Shown here: piece after piece, positions 8,628 to 19,084 of the stretch
How the letters are laid out: each line of letters starts with the position of its first letter
Position numbering within the stretch: the first letter of the stretch is position 1
NCBI GenBank assembly: GCA_046538155.1
Contig: JBKHJL010000003.1
Location: 1 to 44,054, forward strand
Source of the DNA: Candidatus Micrarchaeia archaeon
GTDB lineage: Archaea; Micrarchaeota; Micrarchaeia; Anstonellales; Bilamarchaeaceae
Direction: 5' to 3'
Length of the DNA: 44,054 nucleotides
The notes under the pieces: model-generated
Told to the model about the DNA's origin: nothing
The model's database searches: none
Seen by the model: the letters and a program-made list of their open reading frames with translations, nothing else
Program-made: the position numbers and the translations under genes

Positions 8628-10274
8628 CTATCCCATGGGCATTCCTCCTGGAGGCATACCTCCGGGCGGCATTCCTTCCGGCCCGCCTTTGCCTCCCTTG
8701 GACGCAATTATGTCATCAATCCTGAGGATAAGGCGGGTAGTCTCGGTTGCAGAAGAAAGCGCCTGTGTCTTTACCTTTGCAGGCTCAAGGATTCCCTTTT
8801 CCTCCATATCCGATATCTCTCCCCGGAGTACATCAACTCCAAAACCGTTTCCCTGGTCCTCCTTGTGCTTATTCCTGAGGGAAACAAGGGCGTCTATGGA
8901 GTCCATTCCCGCATTCTCTGCAAGAGTCTTGGGGATGGATTCAAGGGATTCTGCAAATGCCTGGATTGCAAGCTGCTCGCGGCCACCTACTTCCATTGCA
9001 TAGCTGTTGAGCGCGGCCGCAAGGGACATTTCAACGCTGCCCCCTCCTGTCACGTACTTTCCTACCTCCACTGTGCTGGCAACTGAGCCGAGAGCATCGC
9101 GGATTGCCCTTTCAACCTCGGAAACTACATGGTCTGTTCCGCCGCGCACAAACAGAGTGACGGACTTTGGGTCCTTACAGCTGCGCACAAACACCATTGC
9201 CTCTCCTGAAACCTTCTTCTCCTCTACAAGGCCTGCAAAACCAAGGTCGGATTCGGAAACTTCAGAAATGCTTGAAACCGTTTTTGCGCCGGTTGCCCTT
9301 GCAAGCTTCTCCATGTCAGATTTCTTCACCCTGCGCACTGCAAGAATTCCTGCTTTTGCAAGATAATGCTGGGCAAGATCGTCAATACCCTTCTGACAGA
9401 AAAGCACGGTTGCGCCGGATGCCTTTACCTTGTCAACCATCTCTCTGAGCATCTTTTCCTCCTGCTTCAGATAGGCTTCAAGCTGGTCTGGGGAAGTAAT
9501 TTCAATCTTTGCATCGGTTTCCGTCTTTTCCACTTCAAGTGGAGCATCAACAAGTGCAATCTTTGCCTCTTCCGCCTTCTTGGGCATGCCTGAACTCACA
9601 ACCTCCTTGTCAACAAGGATGCCATTTATAAGTTGAGTGTCCATCACGTCCCCACCTGCCTTCTTCTCTATCTTTATCAGGTCGGTATCAACATAGTACG
9701 CTCCATTATGGTCCTCGGCAACCTTGCTGATGGAATCAACAACAAGCTCGGAAATCTTCTTCTTCTCCGCATCGCTTCCGATTCCTTTTGAGCCCATGGA
9801 AACGAGGGAAATTTTATTAAGGATCTCCTTATCTGCAGGAGTAACATCCTTGCCTATTGCCGTAAGGATCTCCTCCGCCCGATTGGCGGCCAGCTCATAA
9901 CCCTTGATTATGGTTGTGGGGTGGATTGACTGGTCAAGCAGGTCCCCTGCTTTCTTGAGAAGGTTCCCTGCAACAACAACAGAAGTTGTTGTGCCATCCC
10001 CCACCTCTTTGTCCTGGGTTTTTGCAATCTCCACCATCAGCTTTGCCGCAGGGTGGTCCACATTCATTTCCTCAAGGATGGTTGCGCCATCATTTGTAAT
10101 TACAATGTCCCCAAGCTCGGAAACAAGCATTTTGTCCATTCCCTTTGGGCCAAGGGTGGTCTTTATGATGTTTGCAACCGCATATCCAATCGCGATGTTT
10201 ATGCGCATCGCGTCTCTTCCAATTACCCGGTTTGAACCTTCGGGCATTACTTCTCCACTATTTACTTTTCCCAT
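8628..10274 (-). CDS. ths: Thermosome (group II chaperonin) subunit
   Basis: [30 protein letters not shown] and a GGM-rich C-terminus. Start taken at MGKVNS (10274). Confidence 0.96.
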   Translation of the reverse strand: MGKVNSGEVMPEGSNRVIGRDAMRINIAIGYAVANIIKTTLGPKGMDKMLVSELGDIVITNDGATILEEMNVDHPAAKLMVEIAKTQDKEVGDGTTTSVVVAGNLLKKAGDLLDQSIHPTTIIKGYELAANRAEEILTAIGKDVTPADKEILNKISLVSMGSKGIGSDAEKKKISELVVDSISKVAEDHNGAYYVDTDLIKIEKKAGGDVMDTQLINGILVDKEVVSSGMPKKAEEAKIALVDAPLEVEKTETDAKIEITSPDQLEAYLKQEEKMLREMVDKVKASGATVLFCQKGIDDLAQHYLAKAGILAVRRVKKSDMEKLARATGAKTVSSISEVSESDLGFAGLVEEKKVSGEAMVFVRSCKDPKSVTLFVRGGTDHVVSEVERAIRDALGSVASTVEVGKYVTGGGSVEMSLAAALNSYAMEVGGREQLAIQAFAESLESIPKTLAENAGMDSIDALVSLRNKHKEDQGNGFGVDVLRGEISDMEEKGILEPAKVKTQALSSATETTRLILRIDDIIASKGGKGGPEGMPPGGMPPGGMPMG

Positions 10275-10373
10275 AGTTTTCACACTCCTTTTTAGAGTTG
10301 TCAAAATTTGTAGAATGATTAGTAAGTAGTAATATTTATAAAAGTTGTTTAATGGGATTCCGGGCAGATTTTA

Positions 10374-10880
10374 TCATATGTGGGAACGGTCAACGTTCGC
10401 TGATTCAAGAAAATAATGCAGGGCATACGCTGCAGCAAAGGCACCGGTTGCCAAAAGGGCATTTTCCGCCTGGCCCACATAAGTTAGAAATATTGAATAA
10501 GCAAGAACAGAAAAAAGGATGGCAACCATGGTGTGGAATGGGGCACGGGAGGGGTTGAGGAAATCAAATGCAAAGATGAGACCAACAAAAAGCCCGAGTA
10601 GAATCCTGAGGAACAATATGCAATGGGGGAAACTGAAATAATAGCAGGCCGTAGGGGCCATAATGAAAACATAGGAAAAAACCAGGCCGGCCATGAGCAG
10701 CACAACTATCCTCAGCTGCTTCCAGAGCGGGAAAAAGAGGCGGTCCAAATCCGGTAGGGCGGAGCCGAGAACTATGCTGAATGCGCAGAGGAGGATGGTG
10801 GATTCGGGTGCACCCTGGAAGGCAAGGCCAAGGGAAAAAAGCACCAGCAATGCAGCTGCTGCCACTATCTTCGTGCTCAC
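10374..10880 (-). CDS. Membrane-bound metal-dependent hydrolase-like protein (YdjM-like)
   Basis: GSALPDLD, FHT and YALHYFLE motifs within a multi-TM protein. Confidence 0.65.
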   Translation of the reverse strand: MSTKIVAAAALLVLFSLGLAFQGAPESTILLCAFSIVLGSALPDLDRLFFPLWKQLRIVVLLMAGLVFSYVFIMAPTACYYFSFPHCILFLRILLGLFVGLIFAFDFLNPSRAPFHTMVAILFSVLAYSIFLTYVGQAENALLATGAFAAAYALHYFLESANVDRSHI

Positions 10881-10888
10881 AGTAATCC

Positions 10889-12277
10889 CTATAGATTAAA
10901 ATATTTTTCAAACTCGTATGAGGTCGGGCGCGCGCTCTGCTCGCGGTGCTCCTCAATTTTGTCTTCAAGATAACTTTCCAGTAGATCGGATGAGAGAGTC
11001 CCCTTGAGGAACTTATTGTCACTCTCCAGCGCAGAAATTGCCTCAAGCACATTTGAAGGAACCTGGCTTGCCCCGGCTTTTTTCAGCTCATCACTGTCCA
11101 TATCCCAAATGTTTGAGTCTATTGGGTCCCCTGGCTCGGTTTTGTTTTTTATTCCGTCAATGCCGGCGGCAACAACCACTCCCAGAGCGATATAGGGGTT
11201 TGTGGAGGGGTCAGAAAGATTGAAAACCACCTTCTTGCCCTTGCGGTCATTCCGGATTTCATTTTCAATACGGACAAGTGCGGAGGAATTACGCTTTCCC
11301 CAGGAGATGTAGCGGGGGTCCGCAGCAAGACGCTTGTAGGAATTTGGATTGGGGCAGGTGAAAATGGTGAGGGCTTTTGCATGGTCCAGAAGGCCACCGA
11401 CAAAATAGCGGGCAGTCTGGCTTATCTGGGCATAATCATCAGTAGAATCATAGAATACATTTTCATCCTTTTTCCAGAAGGTAAAGCCGGAGAGGAGCTG
11501 GTTTCCCTTTTCCCCAAGAACAGGGAAGGGCATGAAGGTAGCCATGGAATTTGCAATAAATGCAAGATTCTTAACTGCAAACTTAATTGTCTGGATTGCA
11601 TCAGAGCAAACCCCGAGGGGAAGCGGGGCAACAGAAATAGTCTGCTGTCCGCTTGTGGACCTTCCGTGGTAATGCTTTGTGACTATGTAGCGGAAATTAT
11701 CCTCAACAACTTCCGAAACTTGGGTTCTTGCACTATAAAGCGTATCAAATGGCTGGGAGAAGTACGCGCCGTTCTTTGTGTTCCATAGGGGGGATGGAGA
11801 CCAGGGTGCTTCCCTGGACTCTATGAGGCAGTTGGGACCCCTCTGGGGAGTCATCTTGTCAACAGTTACGTTGTCAAAAACATAGAAGTCTATCTCAGAG
11901 GCTGAAGTGATTTCCGTAAAACCCATCGCCCCTGCATTCACTGTTGCCCTTTCAGTTACGTATCTGGGGTCTTTAAGAAAACGCTCCTTGCCCGGGCTCA
12001 CCATGACATCGCAAATCAGCCTCATGGTGCTTGGCTCCCAGGGAACCCTGCCAAACGTATTTGCATCAGGCATCAAAACCAGCTCCCCTTCCTCAGGCCA
12101 TCCAAAAACTTCCTTCAGGTCGCCGCAGTATATCCCGCGGGAAAAAGAGGAGGTGTTGAGCTCCCTTGAGTTCAGGGTTGTTTTATTGAGCCTTCCTTCA
12201 ACATCAAAAAACTGCAGGTCCACCCACCTTATGTTGTTTGATGTGATATATTCAAAAACATCATCAGTTCCGGGCAT
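10889..12277 (-). CDS. glnA: Glutamine synthetase type I homolog with a degenerate active site
   Basis: Fold signatures VDLQFFDVEG, LMPDANT, DPRY, ATFMP, NSYKRL, DPSTNPY, AGIDGI and RPTSYEFEKYF. The metal ligands are altered (see findings). Confidence 0.85.
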   Translation of the reverse strand: MPGTDDVFEYITSNNIRWVDLQFFDVEGRLNKTTLNSRELNTSSFSRGIYCGDLKEVFGWPEEGELVLMPDANTFGRVPWEPSTMRLICDVMVSPGKERFLKDPRYVTERATVNAGAMGFTEITSASEIDFYVFDNVTVDKMTPQRGPNCLIESREAPWSPSPLWNTKNGAYFSQPFDTLYSARTQVSEVVEDNFRYIVTKHYHGRSTSGQQTISVAPLPLGVCSDAIQTIKFAVKNLAFIANSMATFMPFPVLGEKGNQLLSGFTFWKKDENVFYDSTDDYAQISQTARYFVGGLLDHAKALTIFTCPNPNSYKRLAADPRYISWGKRNSSALVRIENEIRNDRKGKKVVFNLSDPSTNPYIALGVVVAAGIDGIKNKTEPGDPIDSNIWDMDSDELKKAGASQVPSNVLEAISALESDNKFLKGTLSSDLLESYLEDKIEEHREQSARPTSYEFEKYFNL

Positions 12278-12367
12278 CAGTATCCACCGAAGATATTAAC
12301 ATGAATAGGTAAATAAACATTACGGAGGGCTGCACAGCTTTTTAACAGATAACTGCGGAATGGGGAT

Positions 12368-13237
12368 ATGGAAGCTGAATTCAAACTTAAAAGCGGGCTT
12401 GCCAGGATGCTAAAGGGTGGGGTTATAATGGATGTAGTCAATCCTGCCCAGGCAAAGATTGCGGAAAAAGCAGGAGCAGTTGCAGTGATGGCACTTGAGA
12501 GAGTGCCTGCAGACATCAGGTCATGCGGTGGAGTTGCAAGAATGTCTGATCCTGAAATAATAAAGGGGATAATGGATGCAGTAAGCATACCGGTGATGGC
12601 CAAGGTGAGGATAGGGCATTTTGCCGAAGCGCAGATACTTGAGGCCATAGGTGTTGATTACATTGATGAAAGTGAAGTGCTCACCCCTGCGGACCCCGAA
12701 CTCCATGTTGAAAAGAACAAATTCAGGGTTCCCTTTGTGTGCGGGGCAAGAAACCTGGGGGAGGCCCTGCGGAGGATAAATGAGGGGGCTGCCATGATAA
12801 GGACAAAGGGAGAAGCAGGAACAGGAAACATCGTGGAAGCAGTAAGGCATATCCGAGAAATAAAAAACGGGATAGAGCAGCTGGGAGAGGAAGATGCCGG
12901 AGAATACGCAGAAAAAGCAGGAGTGCCTGTGAAGCTGGTCTCCGAAACCAGAGAAGCGGGGAGGCTGCCGGTTGTGAACTTTGCAGCCGGGGGGATTGCC
13001 ACTCCTGCGGATGCTTCATTATGCATGCAGATGGGCTGTGACGGAGTATTTGTTGGCTCCGGGATATTCAAATCATCCGCACCGGAAAAAATGGCCGGGG
13101 CAATAGTTGAGACTGTGGCAGATTACCTGAACAATGAAAAGCTTGCCAGGATATCAAGCGGCCTGGGCAGGGCAATGGACGGTCTTGAGATTTCAGATAT
13201 ACCTGAGGGGCAGAGGCTTTCAGAAAGGGGTTTGTAA
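12368..13237 (+). CDS. pdxS: Pyridoxal 5'-phosphate synthase lyase subunit
   Basis: [35 protein letters not shown] and [10 protein letters not shown]. Confidence 0.97.
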   Translation: MEAEFKLKSGLARMLKGGVIMDVVNPAQAKIAEKAGAVAVMALERVPADIRSCGGVARMSDPEIIKGIMDAVSIPVMAKVRIGHFAEAQILEAIGVDYIDESEVLTPADPELHVEKNKFRVPFVCGARNLGEALRRINEGAAMIRTKGEAGTGNIVEAVRHIREIKNGIEQLGEEDAGEYAEKAGVPVKLVSETREAGRLPVVNFAAGGIATPADASLCMQMGCDGVFVGSGIFKSSAPEKMAGAIVETVADYLNNEKLARISSGLGRAMDGLEISDIPEGQRLSERGL

Positions 13238-13809
13238 TGAAAGTTGGAGTACTTGCGCTGCAGGGGGCAGTGAAGGAGCATACCGCGTGCCTGGAGAAGG
13301 CAATGGAAAAGCTGGGGCTTAACGGGGAAATCCTGGAAGCGAGAAACCGTGAAGAAATCAAAGAACTTGACGGTCTGGTATTGCCCGGAGGGGAAAGCAC
13401 TGCCCTTTCACTGCTTATTAAGAAGAATGTGCTTTCTGAAGATATTTCAGGGGTTGGGGCAATCATGGGGACTTGTGCGGGCGCAGTGCTTCTTTCCAAA
13501 AAGATTTCGGGCGGGATTGAAGGTCAGGAAACACTCAAGTTATTAGATATTGAATTGTTGCGAAATGGGTATGGGAGACAACTGGACTCGTTTTGCACAA
13601 CGCTGGAAACTGCAATTGGAGATATTGAGGGTGTTTTCATAAGGGCTCCGGTAATCAAGTCTGTTTCTGGGAACGTGGAGGTAATTGCAGAACATGGTGG
13701 GAACCCCGTGGGAGTGCAGCAGGGCAGGCACATTGCGACAACTTTCCATCCGGAACTGTCAGGCTCAACCTTGTTCCATGAGCACTTTCTGAAATTGATA
13801 GATAAATAA
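13237..13809 (+). CDS. pdxT: PLP synthase glutaminase subunit
   Basis: GVLALQG, PGGEST, GTCAG, VFIRAP and FHPE; TAATG overlap with pdxS. Confidence 0.96.
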   Translation: MKVGVLALQGAVKEHTACLEKAMEKLGLNGEILEARNREEIKELDGLVLPGGESTALSLLIKKNVLSEDISGVGAIMGTCAGAVLLSKKISGGIEGQETLKLLDIELLRNGYGRQLDSFCTTLETAIGDIEGVFIRAPVIKSVSGNVEVIAEHGGNPVGVQQGRHIATTFHPELSGSTLFHEHFLKLIDK

Positions 13810-13836
13810 AGATTTCTGTACAGAAGAATAGGTTAC

Positions 13837-13908
13837 GCCTCAGTAGCTCAGGGGGAGAGCACTCGGCTGAAGACCGAGGTGTCGGTGGTTCAAATCCGCC
13901 CTGAGGCA
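13837..13908 (+). tRNA. tRNA-Phe(GAA), intron-less, CCA not encoded
   Basis: Acceptor stem GCCTCAG/CTGAGGC, anticodon arm CTCGG-CTGAAGA-CCGAG and T-loop GTTCAAATC; followed by a T-tract. Confidence 0.95.
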
Positions 13909-13939
13909 TCCTTTTTTATACTCGTTTTGAGCGATACTG

Positions 13940-14011
13940 TTGCTCCAGATGATGATATGTACAACCGCTGAGAGAAATCAATGATGATGCCAACAGCGCC
14001 TGATGGAGCAA
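13940..14011 (+). ncRNA. Box C/D 2'-O-methylation guide sRNA (double guide)
   Basis: 8-bp terminal stem TTGCTCCA/TGGAGCAA. C box ATGATGA 13949-13955, 12-nt guide, D' CTGA 13968-13971, C' ATGATGA 13981-13987, 12-nt guide, D CTGA 14000-14003. Confidence 0.9.
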
Positions 14012-14060
14012 ACCCTTCTGACTAATAAGAGAGTGGGCAGGCGCAATACTGCATTTATTG

Positions 14061-17000
14061 CTATCTCCTGCGCTTTGGGGGAGGGGCCATGTGGGGTGAC
14101 CTCACCTTGGGGCCATTTCTGGAGAGTTTTCCTGCGTCCCTCCGGGCTTCCTCCGGAGAAACTTCATCTGAAACCGGAGAAACCCTGGCCCGGTGTTTCT
14201 GGAGGAAATTGAGTCCTCTGGAGATGCTTTGGTCAGAGAGAGGCCCGACAATCGGCTCTGCCACAGATTTTAGATGAGATACCACTGCAGAAGTCTTTGG
14301 TGGCTCCGGGTCCTGTGCAAGAATCTGGGCGAGAAGACTGAACTTTTCTGCTGATTCTGCTTCGGGTATAGAATCAATCTCTGAAATAGCTTCGGCTGCG
14401 CTCCTGAAAGCATGCTCTGCAACAAGCAGGGGCAACTCCTCATAATCAAGGATTTTATTAAGAACGGAAAAATCGTTCTCCAGCACTATCCTGCTCAGCA
14501 GAGAAACCTGCTCCTGGAAATCATCGTCTGCCTGAATATAGAGTTTGCTGGCAAGCTTTTCCAAGTTGGGGTGGTTCCTGTGCATCCAGAGCATTTCGTA
14601 TGATGCCCTGAGGTTCCTGCTGAACATTCCTGCGCCATCATCAAAATGAGAGAGGAAATCAAAGAGCAGGTTTGACGCATTCCTGTTTCCTCCACTATTG
14701 AGCAGTTCCCGGAAAGCGACCTCCTTCACTAATTTATATGGGGCTTCTTTCGCCCCGGGGTCCTCATAAGGCAAGGGGAGGGACTCCATCTTTCCCTTCT
14801 CCCCGAACAGTATCTTCTGGTGGGGGAGCTTAAGTGGAAGGGGGGGCATTTCTTCAATTTCCCTCAGGGCAATTGCAGTGTCCGCTGCATATTCAACATT
14901 AGAGGTGGCCAGGAAAAGTTCTGTTGCAGAAAACAGAAGATGGGGGCTGCGGCTGTGGAGGGCGGCCTGGCGCAGGTTATCGGCAACAGGTCCTTTTGCA
15001 GCAGAAGCACATGCTTGCCTGGTCTCCGGGGTATTGAAAAGGTAATATGCCTGGAGTATCAACTCTGCCTTGTCTTCCCTGCCCTCAACACACCTTTCTG
15101 CAACCAAATTGCAGATTCTTGAAACAGCTCCATCAACATCCTCCGTAGAACCAACTGCTTCTTTATGCAGTTTGTAGAGTTCCTGCAGCGATTTGTTTGT
15201 GGGAAAATAACCAAGAGCAGCTATGCTGGAAGGGCCTTGTTTGGCCAGGGACCGGGGCAGTGATGGTGTTAATCTCAGGGCTGCATCAGCAACCTTTTGT
15301 CTGGAGTATTCATTGTTGGAGTCTGAAGAAAGAAAATCAATCAGCTCTTCTGCAACCATGTCCGAAGCAATGATTCTTGCCGCCTTTGATGAAACCATAT
15401 TGGAAATATCTGCTGCCAGCCCGGAAAGAATTTTTCTGGGTATGTGCTCTTCACGGAGGAGTTCCAGTGCGGAGAGCCTTATCCTTTCTTCCTTGCTTGA
15501 AAGGGCTTCAATAAGAGACTGCTTCTTTTCCGGGCTGTGGGGAAGAGAATCCAAAACCTTGTAGGTATCCTCACGCAGGGTTTCAGAATCACATGAAAGG
15601 AGGGAAATCATCCTGCGGTATGCACCTGCATCTGCCAGCACCTCCAGGGCCCTGAGGCCGAAGCGCCTTTTCTGCAGGGGGGTAAAATCTCCAAGAAGAT
15701 TCTCTCCCTTTGCCGCTGCCTCTGCAGCAGCAATGCCTTTTTCCCCCATGTTTGAAAGGAGGGTGCATGCATAAGAAGAAATGTTTTCCGAATCATGCCC
15801 AAGAGCAGGAACAAGCATTCTGCTTACCGCCTGTTCAGTCCCTGCCATAAAAGCAGAGAAAAGGGAGGCTTTTCTTGCCATTGCGGCTGTTTTTCCGGTC
15901 CAGTCCAGGGACTGCTTTGCTACTTCGGAGGAAATTTCGCTGAACCCCTCTTCTGAGCGCTGCATCCTTCTGGCAAGGGCAAACTGGGAAAGTACCCGTA
16001 TCTGCTCATCAGAAGAAGCAAGGGCAGAAACAAGGGATTTTGTTTTCTTTGCCCCCATTTCTGCAAGAACATCCTCTGAACCGGAAAGGAGAATACTGCG
16101 CGCAGCATCAGAAATGATGTTGTCCTGTTCCACCTCAGAAAGAGAATAAAGCTTCAGGGCAGAATCTTTGGAAAGGACACCTTCCCCTTTTTCAATAAGG
16201 GCAGGAAGAACCTCTCCTGCAAACTCACGGAGCTTTTCGTTTCGGCCGGTACGCATTTCGTATAGGAGAAGAAACTCGGCCTCGGGATGAGAACCGCTGA
16301 ACTCCATGGAAACAAGGGCATTTGTTGCATGCTGGCCCAACTCTGAGGAATCGGTTTCTCCAAGTATGAAGGCCATATTCTCAATTGACGGTTTTCTTTT
16401 TGAAAGAACCTCCAGGGCAGAAATCCGCGTTTCCTGGGAAAACTCCGGGAACCTTTCCCTCAGGGCGGAATCCACATCCCTGCCCGGGAAATTGCTCAGT
16501 ATCGTTTCCCAGATTAGGGAATTCCCGGCTGAAGAAGAATTCTGGAAATTGGTTATACAGAATTCAAGATCGTCCTGCTTCAGGACCTTGAGGGCAGCAA
16601 GTGCTATTGAGCGGGAACAATCCGGAAGTCCGCCCAGATTGTTAAGATGGCTTTTGGCAAGTTTAAGAGAGAAAGAACTCGGCCTGGTATGCTTACCCAG
16701 CAGTACATCCAGGGATTCCCGGCCTTCCGGGTCAGTCTGCTCAAGGTGTTGGAGGAGCAGGGTCTGGGGAAACTCATAATCATGCACTGCAAAACGGAGA
16801 ATCATCCTTGAAGCTTCTTTTCCTGAGAATGAAGACAATACTTCATCCAGGGCACGCTCCCTGCGTGTCTTTATCCTTCCGCGTTCATCCCTTCCCTGGC
16901 CGGACACCTCCCTTCTGTGGGCAAGAATCTCAGATACAGACAGGAGTCTGGCTTCATTTCCTGAAACAGCGTGCTGGTAAAATACAGGATTTGAAACTTT

Positions 17001-18959
17001 TGGGTTAACTGCTGCAAGATTTGCAGTAATCAAATAAGAGGGAATATGCCCTCCCTGGAAAACAAGAGTCAGCATGGCGCCTGTAGCCATAGCTGCGTCT
17101 TCATCTTTTCCATTCAATGCAATATCTGAGAGACCCATAACCAGCTCCTCATACTTTCTGGGCTTGCCTGCAAAAGAAGACATGATTTCCTGGTATGCGT
17201 CCTCCCTGTCTTCCAGAATATGCTTGGGATTTGCAAGAATTGAAAGTGCTGGTTTCAGGGAATTGAATTCCGGGGGCAGCCCCGGAGCCTCTTCCTCCAT
17301 CGTGGTCCCTGGTTCATTCTGGAGTTCCGGGCGGGAATCTGACTCTTTCTGCTCTCCTTCTGGGCTCTTGTCTCCATCTTCAGCAAGGGGGGCTGGTTCA
17401 TGAGTATCCTGGTGGATATCCAGGGAAAACTGCTTCTCTCCCTCTCCCCCTTTGACTTCTTCCCCGGAGCTGGACCCTTTATCCTCAGGCACATCTTCTA
17501 TGGGTTCTTCTGGGCCTGTCCTTATCTTCGCAGTTGACTCCTTAGCCTCCTCATATTCCCCTGCTATCTCTCCTGTTTCCGGAACTTGTTCCTCCGGGTA
17601 AAGACGGCTCAGCCTTGAATGGACCTCGCTGTCTCCCTCTGAACTGGCAAGATATGCCTTGAGTTCCTTTTCCACTCCAGATTTTTGTGAAACTTTTACG
17701 AGCAGTTCCAGGAGTTTTACCTGCGACTCCTCTCCGGCTTCAGGAACAAGCAGCACCCTCTTTCCATCCTTCTTCAGTACAACCATGTCCTCTGCAACCG
17801 GACGAATAATCTTGCAGCATAGGATGTTGCGGGCTTCCTGGTTGTGAGGAGGGATATCTGCCTCTGCAAGCCGGAGCGCTGAATCCACAAGTTTGGGGAC
17901 CGGCCACGCCTTCGCGGGAGACAGGTCCACGGATTGGGTATCAAATTCTGCCTCGGATTCCAGGCCCTGGAGAACTGCAGATATATCAATGGGTATTCTT
18001 TCAGTCCCTTTTTCCCCGGGTAGAGTCTGCCTCTCTGCTTTGGGAGCCGGGACCCCACTCCGAAGATATTCTGAAAAATCATTATATAAGTGTTTTATTC
18101 TTCCGGGACCAGAGGAAGAAGAAAGCTTCCTTACCTGCTCACGGACTTCGGCCTGGAAAGCAGAGGAACTCCGGGAAACGAACCTGCCCATCTTCTCCCA
18201 GACAAGAGAAGAAACGGATTTAGAAATCTTGTCGCTTGTATATGTGGCTCCAAGCAGGGCAGCAGTTGCCTTTGCCTTACCGTAATCAGGGAGGAGGTCA
18301 AGAGAAGAATCAAGATGGGAAACTGCCCAGGATTCCTGATTGCCGGAAGCGGCTTCGAGGATTCCTGCAATCCTTTCAAGAGCCTTCCTTCCTGAAAACA
18401 GGGAGGCGGAAGGGGGTATTGTCTGGAGGACTTCGGGAATTTCCCCTGTTTTAAGGAGAGTTATTATCTGTTCTGTCCGTTTTTTCGGGTGGGAAGAAAG
18501 GCTGGCCTGCAAGTTTATTGCATTGTATGCTGCAAAAATTCTTGTGTTTGCTTCCTTATCAGGAAAAAACCCATTAGGATACAACTGGTTAAATGCTTCA
18601 AAAAGAGGCAGTTTCTTGCGGGCAGTCCTCTTTACCCTCCTCCTGGGCTGGTTAGGGACAGAAAGATACCTGAGCATCTCATCTGCTTTGTTTGCAACAA
18701 ACTCCTGAGCAGGGTCAAGTATCCGGTGCTGCTGCCTTATGGCAGGGTTCCTTCCTGTTCCTGATTTCGTAGGAGAGATAGAAGCAAGCATTTCAATTGC
18801 CTCTTCTGCAGAATCCAAAGAAAGAACCGCCTTCTGGAGCCGCTTTTCAACCTCCTCGGGTACGGTCCTGCCCGAAGTCCATGCCTGTTTAACAGAATTA
18901 TAATCCTTCTCAAATTTACGAATTTCAGAAGGGTGGGTATTTTTATTTGAATTAGACAT
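14061..18959 (-). CDS. Giant (1632 aa) hypothetical alpha-solenoid/HEAT-repeat-like protein with an acidic disordered linker
   Basis: Long open frame with an upstream TTTATAAA. Recurring HEAT-like units (LIEALSSKEERIRLSALELL; LVSALASSDEQIRVLSQFAL) and an E/P/G-rich linker at about aa 450-560. Confidence 0.75.
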   Translation of the reverse strand: MSNSNKNTHPSEIRKFEKDYNSVKQAWTSGRTVPEEVEKRLQKAVLSLDSAEEAIEMLASISPTKSGTGRNPAIRQQHRILDPAQEFVANKADEMLRYLSVPNQPRRRVKRTARKKLPLFEAFNQLYPNGFFPDKEANTRIFAAYNAINLQASLSSHPKKRTEQIITLLKTGEIPEVLQTIPPSASLFSGRKALERIAGILEAASGNQESWAVSHLDSSLDLLPDYGKAKATAALLGATYTSDKISKSVSSLVWEKMGRFVSRSSSAFQAEVREQVRKLSSSSGPGRIKHLYNDFSEYLRSGVPAPKAERQTLPGEKGTERIPIDISAVLQGLESEAEFDTQSVDLSPAKAWPVPKLVDSALRLAEADIPPHNQEARNILCCKIIRPVAEDMVVLKKDGKRVLLVPEAGEESQVKLLELLVKVSQKSGVEKELKAYLASSEGDSEVHSRLSRLYPEEQVPETGEIAGEYEEAKESTAKIRTGPEEPIEDVPEDKGSSSGEEVKGGEGEKQFSLDIHQDTHEPAPLAEDGDKSPEGEQKESDSRPELQNEPGTTMEEEAPGLPPEFNSLKPALSILANPKHILEDREDAYQEIMSSFAGKPRKYEELVMGLSDIALNGKDEDAAMATGAMLTLVFQGGHIPSYLITANLAAVNPKVSNPVFYQHAVSGNEARLLSVSEILAHRREVSGQGRDERGRIKTRRERALDEVLSSFSGKEASRMILRFAVHDYEFPQTLLLQHLEQTDPEGRESLDVLLGKHTRPSSFSLKLAKSHLNNLGGLPDCSRSIALAALKVLKQDDLEFCITNFQNSSSAGNSLIWETILSNFPGRDVDSALRERFPEFSQETRISALEVLSKRKPSIENMAFILGETDSSELGQHATNALVSMEFSGSHPEAEFLLLYEMRTGRNEKLREFAGEVLPALIEKGEGVLSKDSALKLYSLSEVEQDNIISDAARSILLSGSEDVLAEMGAKKTKSLVSALASSDEQIRVLSQFALARRMQRSEEGFSEISSEVAKQSLDWTGKTAAMARKASLFSAFMAGTEQAVSRMLVPALGHDSENISSYACTLLSNMGEKGIAAAEAAAKGENLLGDFTPLQKRRFGLRALEVLADAGAYRRMISLLSCDSETLREDTYKVLDSLPHSPEKKQSLIEALSSKEERIRLSALELLREEHIPRKILSGLAADISNMVSSKAARIIASDMVAEELIDFLSSDSNNEYSRQKVADAALRLTPSLPRSLAKQGPSSIAALGYFPTNKSLQELYKLHKEAVGSTEDVDGAVSRICNLVAERCVEGREDKAELILQAYYLFNTPETRQACASAAKGPVADNLRQAALHSRSPHLLFSATELFLATSNVEYAADTAIALREIEEMPPLPLKLPHQKILFGEKGKMESLPLPYEDPGAKEAPYKLVKEVAFRELLNSGGNRNASNLLFDFLSHFDDGAGMFSRNLRASYEMLWMHRNHPNLEKLASKLYIQADDDFQEQVSLLSRIVLENDFSVLNKILDYEELPLLVAEHAFRSAAEAISEIDSIPEAESAEKFSLLAQILAQDPEPPKTSAVVSHLKSVAEPIVGPLSDQSISRGLNFLQKHRARVSPVSDEVSPEEARRDAGKLSRNGPKVRSPHMAPPPKRRR

Positions 18960-19084
18960 GGTTTAGTATATGTGTCAGATTATGTTTATAAACCTATTGC
19001 AAAAATTGTGAATAAACCACAGGAGAAAAAATACAAGGTGCGCTTTATAAATTATTGGTGAGAATATGGGGTTGAGGTGTGGAG

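Noticed and set aside
8552-8707. N-terminal extensions in the ORF track for pyrD (also trxB, pepA, pheT and ribK)
   Set aside because: Most of the extensions overlap neighbouring genes or promoters, and none resembles the family. Downstream ATGs match the expected protein starts.
13831-13836. Half-site GGTTAC immediately before tRNA-Phe
   Set aside because: A 6-bp match is expected by chance and the left arm is missing.
14064-14084. PPPKRRR as a eukaryote-type nuclear localisation signal
   Set aside because: Short basic tails are common and there is no evidence for a eukaryotic host. Noted only as a basic patch.
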